A DNA stretch of 63,695 nucleotides, counting the filler, from Octopus bimaculoides (taxonomy: Eukaryota), in the NCBI RefSeq assembly GCF_001194135.2. It is 5 parts of 5 records of this genome, joined end to end, with 100 filler letters (N's around TTAATTAATTAA, not from the genome) between each part and the next. Parts side by side here need not be neighbours in the genome. Positions count along the whole stretch, not along the records: positions 51,589 to 62,080 come from NC_068987.1; positions 62,181 to 63,695 come from NC_068993.1; 3 more parts are not named here. One strand, given 5' to 3'. The position numbers and the translations under genes are program-made. Shown here piece by piece: positions 54,991 through 63,695 of the stretch. The notes beneath the pieces were generated by a model that had not been told where the DNA came from, did no database searches, and worked only from the letters and a program-made list of their open reading frames with translations. Positions within the stretch are counted from its first letter, which is position 1. Each line of letters opens with the position of its first letter.

Positions 54991-56494
54991 AACGGTAAAT
55001 TGGATATTACAAAGCGCTACAATTAGATTTTTCACAGTGATGTTTTGAGATCTCGCTTTACAACATTCATTTTGTCTTGATAACTGGGAATGCAAGATTA
55101 TCCGCCTTTGAACAAGAACAAGCAAAAAAATATATAGAAATGATATTGGCTTTTCTGTAAAATTCTTCAATCATTTGATCTCCAAGGCATTCTTGAAATA
55201 ATCTCTGGAAAAGTTTTATTAAAATTTGCGAAGCACCAACGGAAGCAGCAGTTGATTCCTGGTTTACAACATCCACGCAAGAAGTGCAAAAGTTTGTTTT
55301 AACTGGTAAGTCACCACGTATTGAGAACATTGTCGCTATGAATTTTCTTTCGTATCTTACCTTTTATTTTCTTTGTTTTCTTTTTTTTTCCCCTTTTTCC
55401 TAGTTTTAAATTTTTTTTCTTCTTTTCTTTTTCATTCCTTCTTCCCCCCCACTCCCACGCTATTTCCCCCCCTTTCTTTCACATGACTGTAAATGAACAA
55501 TCTGGTGTGTTTATTTTAATGGCCTACCAATGTATAACAGTGTGTTTCTTAGCCCTAGGTATCGGAAAGATACTTTGCTAGAAATGGAAACAAAATTGAA
55601 AGAAGACGACGACAACAACAACAACAACAACAATAACAATAATAATAATAATAATAGTTCTCCGCAGGGTTGTTGAAGCGTGAGTAGTAAACAACAGCTG
55701 ACACTTTTCACCATGCAGAGCAAACTAAGCTGAGAGTTTTCATNNNNNNNNNNNNNNNNNNNNNNNNNNNNNNNNNNNNNNNNNNNNNNNNNNNNNNNNN
55801 NNNNNNNNNNNNNNNNNNNNNNNNNNNNNNNNNNNNNNNNNNNNNNNNNNNNNNNNNNNNNNNNNNNNNNNNNNNNNNNNNNNNNNNNNNNNNNNNNNNN
55901 NNNNNNNNNNNNNNNNNNNNNNNNNNNNNNNNNNNNNNNNNNNNNNNNNNNNNNNNNNNNNNNNNNNNNNNNNNNNNNNNNNNNNNNNNNNNNNNNNNNN
56001 NNNNNNNNNNNNNNNNNNNNNNNNNNNNNNNNNNNNNNNNNNNNNNNNNNNNNNNNNNNNNNNNNNNNNNNNNNNNNNNNNNNNNNNNNNNNNNNNNNNN
56101 NNNNNNNNNNNNNNNNNNNNNNNNNNNNNNNNNNNNNNNNNNNNNNNNNNNNNNNNNNNNNNNNNNNNNNNNNNNNNNNNNNNNNNNNNNNNNNNNNNNN
56201 NNNNNNNNNNNNNNNNNNNNNNNNNNNNNNNNNNNNNNNNNNNNNNNNNNNNNNNNNNNNNNNNNNNNNNNNNNNNNNNNNNNNNNNNNNNNNNNNNNNN
56301 NNNNNNNNNNNNNNNNNNNNNNNNNNNNNNNNNNNNNNNNNNNNNNNNNNNNNNNNNNNNNNNNNNNNNNNNNNNNNNNNNNNNNNNNNNNNTATATATA
56401 TATAATTATATTATGTGTGTATAAAAATTATACGCGAAGGAAGTCACAAAGTGGTTTTCCAACACGCTAGAAATAGGAGTTAAGTCCCAAACTT

Positions 56495-57047
56495 TTCTTT
56501 GTAAGCCTAGTACTTATTCTATCGAACTCCTTTTGCCGAACCGCTAAGTTACGTGGACGTAAACACACCACCATCGGTTGTCAAGCGATGTTGGGGGTGA
56601 CAAACACAGACACACAAACACACATATACATATATAAGGCGGCGAGCTGGCAGAAACGTTAGCACGCCGGGCGAAATGCTTAGCGGTATTTCGTCTGCCG
56701 TTACGTTCTGAGTTCAAATTCCGCCGAGGTCGACTTTGCCTTTCATCCTTTCGGGGTCGATTAAATAAGTACCAGTTACGCACTGGGGTCGATGTAATAG
56801 ACTTAATCCGTTTGTCTGTCCTTGATTGTCCCCTCTGTGTAGCCCCTTGTGGGTAGTAAAGAAATAACACACATATATATACATATACATATATACGACG
56901 GGCTTCTTTCAGTTTCCGTCTACCAAATCCACTCACAAGGCTTTGGTCGGCCCGACGCTATAGAAAAAGACATTTGCCCAAGGTGCCACGCAGGGAGACT
57001 GATACCCGTAACCATGTAGTTGAGAAACAAGCTTCTTACCACACAAC
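56495..57047 (-). mobile_element. SINE family A split by a nested family B insertion
   Basis: Tail at about 56495-56610 and head at about 56896-57047, both on the minus strand. Confidence 0.8.
56638..56867 (+). mobile_element. tRNA-derived SINE family B (young-looking copy)
   Basis: GGCGGCGAGCTGGCAGAAACGTTAG...GAGTTCAAATTCCGCC (A/B boxes) with CpGs retained. Confidence 0.88.
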
Positions 57048-57164
57048 CTACCAGTTTAAAAAAAAAATTGACACCATCAGAGTAGGATTTCATGGATAAC
57101 TTTTAACATTGCTAAATCAAACTGTGAACAACAGAAGCAGCAGCAACAACAACATCAGCAACAA

Positions 57165-57825
57165 TGTTGTTGTTGTTGGCACTCCGTCGCTTACGACGAC
57201 GAGGGTTCCAGTTGATCCGATGAACGGAACAGCTTGCTCGTGAAATTAACGTGCAAGTGGCTGAGCACTCCACAGACACGTGTACCCTTAACGTGGTTCT
57301 CGGGGGATATTCAGCGTGACACAGAGTGTGACAAGGCTGACCCTTTGAATTACAGGCACAACAGAAACAGGAAGTAAGAGTGAGAGAAAGTTGTGGTGAA
57401 AGAGTACAGCAGGGTTCGCCACCATCCCCTGCCGGAGCCTCGTGGAGCTTTTTAGGTGTTTNNNNNNNNNNTCCAGTTGATCCGATGAACGGAACAGCTT
57501 GCTCGTGAAATTAACGTGCAAGTGGCTGAGCACTCCACAGACACGTGTACCCTTAACGTGGTTCTCGGGGGATATTCAGCGTGACACAGAGTGTGACAAG
57601 GCTGACCCTTTGAATTACAGGCACAACAGAAACAGGAAGTAAGAGTGAGAGAAAGTTGTGGTGAAAGAGTACAGCAGGGTTCGCCACCATCCCCTGCCGG
57701 AGCCTCGTGGAGCTTTTTAGGTGTTTTTGCTCAATAAACACTCACAACGCCCGGTCTGGGAATCGAAACCGCGATCCTATGACCGCGAGTCCGTTGCCCT
57801 AACCACTGGGCCATTGCGCCTCCAC
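57165..57825 (-). mobile_element. tRNA-derived SINE family E with an (AAC)n tail; internal part duplicated across a 10-N gap
   Basis: Head GTGGAGGCGCAATGGCCCAGTGGTTAGGG...GGTTTCGATTCCC; 57207-57461 is repeated at 57472-57726. Confidence 0.82.
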
Positions 57826-58243
57826 ATCAGTAACAATACCATGAATAATACGAACAACATCACTGAAATACTTGTGATATCAGTTAGTCTTAATAGGAGA
57901 AGATACAGACAGAAAAAGAACCAAAGTATGTGTCAGTCTGGGTAATTGACATGGTCTACTTGACTGAGGACAAAATGTCAAGGTCAACCAGTTTCCTTCC
58001 TCTGTTTCAGTTGTCTTCTTTTGTTACCTTTTTTCATTCTTGCTTATTTTCTTTCCTATTTCTTACTCATATTCCTTACTTGTCCCTTTTTCTTTTTCGT
58101 TTTACTTTATTTTCTTTTTTATATCACGTATACATATTTCAGCATTGTTGCTCATTTTCATATGTTTTCTAGCTCGTCTGTGATTGTATACTGTTTCTAA
58201 CTTAGAGTGATTTGGGTTCAAACACCAATGTGGTTGTCTAAAT

Positions 58244-58903
58244 CAGGGTTCGTCAAACTTTTTCGACCATTGACCCTCTTTAGCCATTTCCTCTTCCGCA
58301 TCGACCACCCTCCTCATTTAAGACATTTTAATGCCCTACCAATTAAAATATTAGCTAAAATATACATGTACGACAAATTAATAAATTCTATTGAGAATGA
58401 CACACTCTTTACATTTAAAACTATGTGTACGAGTATACAGTATTAACATTCAATTTTTATGAAAGTGTTTTCCCATTTAGAAAATGTGAAAAATGCCACA
58501 TGTTTTCCATGTTTAATGGCGCTAAGTATTTCAAGCAGTTCATCTGGGTGAGCTGGGTTTTCACACGCCGACCCCCATTCGACCCCATGGCTATCATCGG
58601 CCCCCTGTAATTCATCACATTGCTAAATCAAACTGTGAACAACAGAAGCAGCAGCAGCAACAACAACATCAGCAACAATGTTGTTGTTGTTGGCACTCCG
58701 TCGCTTACGACGACGAGGGTTCCAGTTGATCCGATGAACGGAACAGCTTGCTCGTGAAATTAACGTGCAAGTGGCTGAGCACTCCACAGACATGTGTACC
58801 CTTAACGTGGTTCTCGGGGGATATTCAGCGTGACACAGAGTGTGACAAGGCTGACCCTTTGAATTACAGGCACAACAGAAACAGGAAGTATGGTGACCCG
58901 CTG
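58244..58903. mobile_element. hAT-like non-autonomous element carrying an internal 274-bp captured segment
   Basis: Left end CAGGGTTCGTCAAAC; right end reverse complement CAGCGGGTCACCA; 8-bp TSD gtctaaat (58236-58243) / atctaaat (58904-58911). Confidence 0.6.
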
Positions 58904-58983
58904 ATCTAAATCAAAGCCGTAGTAACAGCATGATAGACTCCTGGGAAAATCAATACATTGGGTACTATAATCAGTGTAAGCTT

Positions 58984-59070
58984 AAGGCATGGATACACAG
59001 GGCGGTTGCTCAGGAGCCCCACGGGTCTGGGGACCCAGTTTTGATCATTTGCCCAGTATATCCATGCTTT
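58984..59070. mobile_element. Small MITE-like inverted repeat
   Basis: AAGGCATGGATACACAGGGC versus reverse-complemented AAAGCATGGATATACTGGGC (17/20). Confidence 0.45.
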
Positions 59071-59224
59071 GAGACAGCAATAATCTGAATGCATTCCTGT
59101 ATTTTAATTTTCATCCAAACGTTTCTGAAGAAATATTTTTATAGAAGCAGGACAGCTAAAATCTCATTGTATTATCATTTACTTTATAAATAATAATACT
59201 TTCTAGTATAGACACAAATCCTGA

Positions 59225-59420
59225 GATTTTCCGGCAGTGGGGGTGGGTAAGTTGATTACATCGATCCCAGTGTTCGAATGATACTTATTTTATCGATCCG
59301 AATGAATGAAAGCTAGGTTGACTTCGGCGGAAATTGAACTCAGAACGTACAAACGGACAGAATGAGACTAAGCATTTTGCCCGGAGTACTAATGACTCAT
59401 CCAGCTCACCACCTTTATAG

Positions 59421-59457
<37 letters not shown>

Positions 59458-60127
59458 CAACAACAACAATAATAATGGTTTCAAATTTTGCCACAAAGGC
59501 AACCATTTTGGGGAGGGGATAAATCGATTACATCAACCCCAGTGTTTCACTGGTACTTAATCTATCGACTCCGAAAGGATGAAAGGCCAAAATCAGAATT
59601 TGAACTTAGAACGTAAAGACAGGTGAAATACTGCTAAACACTTTGCCCGGCGCGCTAACGATTCTGCCAGCTCGCCGCCTTATAAATAATAATAATACTA
59701 ATCCTTTCTACAGGAGGCACAATACCTCAAATTTGTGGGCCAGTCGATTACATAGGCCCCAGTGTTTCACTGGTACTTAATTTATCGACCCCGAAAGGAT
59801 GAAAGGCAAAGTCGACCTCGGTGGAATTTGAACTCAGAACGTAAAGACAGACGAAATACTGCTAAGCATTTCGCTCGGCGTGCTAACGTTTCTTATTTCT
59901 TTTTTTGGTCACAAGGAGCTAAACATAGAGGGGACGAACAAGGACAGACAAAGGGATTAAGTAGATTACAACGATCCCAGTGTGTAACTGGTACTTAATT
60001 TATCGACCCAAAAAGGATTAAAGGCAAAGTCGACCTCTGTGGAATTTGAACTCAGAACGTAACGGCAGACGAAATAACGCTAAGCATTTCGACCGGCGTG
60101 CTAACGTTTCTTCCAGCTCGTCGCCCT
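59225..60127 (-). mobile_element. Cluster of four co-oriented SINE family B copies
   Basis: Repeated ccgaaaggatgaaaggc...gaactcagaacg...gctaagcattt blocks at about 59225-59415, 59505-59680, 59735-59890 and 59925-60127. Confidence 0.82.
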
Positions 60128-61561
60128 AATGTCACTAATAATAATAGATGATGCGGAGTATTGTGACTGGATTATTTCCAGTAACAAGTTTATCTTTCTG
60201 TAAATCTGTACCATTTATCACCTGATTACAAATATGCATTGGTTTGTTTGTACATCATATTATGTCATCCAATATTTAATCTATTGCCGATCCTTGTATT
60301 TTCCCTCTTCATACATACATACATACATACATACATACATGTAACACACGTACATAAATACAAAGACACAAGAGCGATTGCTAGCCGCAAACTAATCCAG
60401 AATATTTGTAAAAGAGAAAAGGAAATCGTTGATCGACGGAAATATCATCAGCTATGTAGTGATAGATATGTTTTGGTATTGGACATTCAATAAAAATCAC
60501 AAACTCTTTCTAATGCAAAATCTGGATTGAGAAAAAGATGTTTAATCAAGATATTGTGTGGATAAAAGAAATCAGATGGTGATATTCTTGAAGTAACGAT
60601 AAAAATATTTCATAATAGAAAACACCGAGAATAGATTTGTTTATTGGTTACTGGTACAAAAAAGTCAATCTCTATCAGAAGATTTTTAATGGGGATATAC
60701 AAAATTGGTTGTCATGGTATTAACAGACACAATTCCGTTGACCAAAGTAGAAAATAATTTACACGGCTACGAACGACCGACCAACTGCTAGAGTTTAATG
60801 TATAAAATCTATACTTTTTGTCAATACCTTCAGGATGGCTGTGTTGGTAAAAATATCACAGGCGAAGAAGCAGCCGACTTAAAAAGAGGTTTGGAAATAT
60901 GTTGAGAAACTTCTAATCAGCAAAAATATATCAGACGTACGAAAGGACAGAAGGAACTGATTACAAAATGACAGATTTATAAGAAAACATCGAGAAGGAC
61001 AAAATGCCAGAAGTATGAAAGGACAGAAGGACAAAATAACAGATTTATAAGAAAACATTGAGAGTTATGAGAACGCATTCCCCACTCATAGATGCTACAG
61101 AATCTTCAGTTTATTAACGTTCCAGAGATCCCAATCGAAATTTGTGAATGACCAAAACTACTAACATGGTTGTATTTTGAAAATTAATGACGAGCCTCAT
61201 TTCTCAAGGACATAAAGAGTTTTGTAGAACAGAGACCGATATTTTTCTGCTAGTTCTAAGTTTCACAACTTCAATGCTTTTCAGAATCTTGCATGAATGC
61301 TTTTTTTAAAAGATTCTTATTCATTTTTATATTTTTTGTTGCCTCATTGTTTGTACAACTGGAATAATTTTTCCTCACGTACTTCAGAGCTTCTTTTCTG
61401 TTTCGTCTATTGCGTGTTTGTCATCATATATTATAGAATAATTTATTGTCTAGGTATTAAAGCTATGTTGTTTAGAAGCTGATTTTGCTACCTTTCATTC
61501 TGTTACTACTTCAGACTTATATTTGTTGCAACATTCTCATTTTATCATATAATTCGGCCAA

Positions 61562-61790
61562 CGCCCCTGGGGGAAGGTGCGGTGAACCTTATAGATTTTC
61601 ATTGAAATCCAATTAATCTATAATTGAATTGGATGTTAGTGAAACATGTATGCGAAGTTTCGTGAATATTGGTTCGGTGGTTTAGCACTAAAATGGTTAA
61701 CAGACAGACAGAAATTGCCATTTATACATATATATATATTTACTAGCAGAAATACCCGGCTTTGCCCGGGTTAAAGAGAATAATGAAATC
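61562..61790 (+). mobile_element. Helitron-like non-autonomous remnants: 3' part of one copy joined to the 5' end of another
   Basis: aagtttcgtgaa...(acag)n...tttata tail followed by ACTAGCAGAAATACCCGGCTTTGCCCGGG (61742 onward), a typical 5' subterminal palindrome of Lep1/HINE-type elements. Confidence 0.45.
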
Positions 61791-62080
61791 TAAAAACGCT
61801 GTCTAGACTACGCAACCCTCAACTGTTAGTAGCTACGATACCATATTTCTACATTAATAACTCTCCAATCCATGCCAGCATGGAACATAGACATTAAGTG
61901 GAATGCCAGTCTCTCATCTAGGAGGGCCTTGAAATCAATGTTACCAACTGGGGACTATGTGTGTCGTAGTGATAATAAAAAGACCCAAAGGAGGTCTGCA
62001 ACGAAATAATTTTACTCAACACTTTGCAAGTGAATCAGTGGAGGCAAAGATGCGTCTCATTTACTTGACAATTTATGCAC

Positions 62081-62180
62081 NNNNNNNNNNNNNNNNNNNN
62101 NNNNNNNNNNNNNNNNNNNNNNNNTTAATTAATTAANNNNNNNNNNNNNNNNNNNNNNNNNNNNNNNNNNNNNNNNNNNN
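62081..62180. other. Synthetic scaffold join
   Basis: 44 N + TTAATTAATTAA (62125-62136) + 44 N. Confidence 0.93.
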
Positions 62181-62225
<45 letters not shown>

Positions 62226-62519
62226 GAGAGAAAGAGAGCAGAAAAACAAACAGATATAAAGACATAATTATATAGACATATATATGTAAATAAATCATTT
62301 ATATTCATGAGTTCCAAATAAGCACATATGTACTCCACGTTCCACATCTTAATTCGTTTAACCGAAGTATTTATCCGCTGAGTGTGCTCTATAATTAACT
62401 GCTAATTAGTTAGGGCTATGGCAAATATCTATGTAACGGAAATAATAATGAAGGAGGTGAATCGAGAAGATAACAACGTAAAGGAAAAACGTGTGTCCAT
62501 ATATGTACATATTCTTCTA

Positions 62520-62690
62520 TTTTTTTGTTTGTTTCAGTCATTTGACTGCGGCCATGCTGTAGCACGCCCTTTAGTCAATGCAAATCGATCCCAGGACTTT
62601 TTCTTTGCAAGCCTAGTACTTATTCTATTGCTCTCTTTTACCGAACTGCTAAGTTACGAGGACGTAATCACACCAGCATCGGTTGTATCC
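62520..62690 (-). mobile_element. SINE family A 3' part
   Basis: tttcagtcatttgactgcggccatgctg...caccagcatcggttgt. Confidence 0.7.
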
Positions 62691-63641
62691 ATTTGATAAT
62701 ATTTATTCTTACCAGCGATAATTGTAAGTTGTTGACGTCATTACAGTTTATAAACTTTTGAGGTGTGGATTCGAGTTGAACTTGCGGCCTGAAAGGAAGA
62801 CATAAAGCGCTCACAATGTTTTCTGTAACCAAGCTTGGATCACGTAACAGATGGCTGGGTCATTGAATTAACGTGCGCTCTTCATTTTTTTTATATTTTT
62901 GCATTATCTGTATCAATCCCCGTCAATTTCTGCATGGAAGATTTGTTCGATTTCATCAAGAGAATTCCAAGACAAGGAGAAAACATTGCAAATAAGAAAT
63001 GACAGCAGTTCCAACTTAGACCGAGACAATATGGTGGGGAGACATATAGATGAGGTAGGCCAAACGGGTGTTGCATATTTATATCATTCACTGTATCTCT
63101 TCCTATTCTTTTGCAGATTGCTTAACAAACAAAGGTATTCGTTCCCAGTGAAATGTATCTATTTACATCTAATTGTGACATGAGTCAGCGAGCGAGACGG
63201 ATGATTGTCTCAATCAAGGACACAATAAACTTATACAATCAACAGTTTCATAAAGTAGTACAACGTCCTTACTAGTCAGGCCAGTTACATACGGTTTTCA
63301 AAGAATATACAAGTATATATAAGAAAAATTTAATTGGCTAAAAGATTAAACGTGATCCTGAAACCTAGTCATGACTAAACAACGGTGAAACCTAGTCACA
63401 TGCGGTCAGATATATCACGCCAGTCGGAACTTCATCAAAGGCTCGCTTGATCTGATCAGAGCTGACCTTGGTATGAGGGGTGGCTGGAAATACAACGATC
63501 GTCGCCATTACCTTCGTTGTCGTCATCAGCATCATTTTCATCAACAACATCGGGAGTGACAACATGATTATTCATATGCATACATATATACGTACATGCA
63601 CGCGCACATATACTGGCACACACATACTCAAGCACCCACAC

Positions 63642-63695
<54 letters not shown>

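Noticed and set aside
57207-57726. Tandem duplication inside SINE family E
   Set aside because: Identical 255-bp segments directly either side of a 10-N gap are typical of unmerged overlapping contig ends.
62899-63183. 94-aa ORF with a GAG|GTAGGC donor
   Set aside because: No convincing acceptor or homology.

Overview
Repeat-rich eukaryotic DNA from a draft assembly. It is very probably an Octopus genome, inferred from the extreme microsatellite density and recurring octopus-type SINE families. The only securely recognisable gene sequence is one + strand exon (12790 to at least 13046) encoding the core DNA-binding domain of Nuclear Factor I (NFI/CTF), cut off by a gap. A second candidate terminal exon lies at 52925-53238. 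Four synthetic 100-bp joins (44 N + TTAATTAATTAA + 44 N) show that the window is five separately assembled pieces, so long-range gene context is uncertain. The rest consists of a decayed full-length mariner transposon, several MITEs, CR1/L2-like and R4/Dong-like LINE fragments, at least five SINE-like families and simple repeats. Almost every ORF in the supplied track is a microsatellite or N-gap artefact. The most interesting observation is a tandem array of about ten 90-105 bp units (2943-3920). On the minus strand each intact unit has the strand order and core motifs of an HDV/CPEB3-like self-cleaving ribozyme, although its P1 helix is weak. A separate degenerate Penelope-type minimal hammerhead motif lies at 11833-11878. 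Both ribozyme calls are by-eye structural inferences and need testing.
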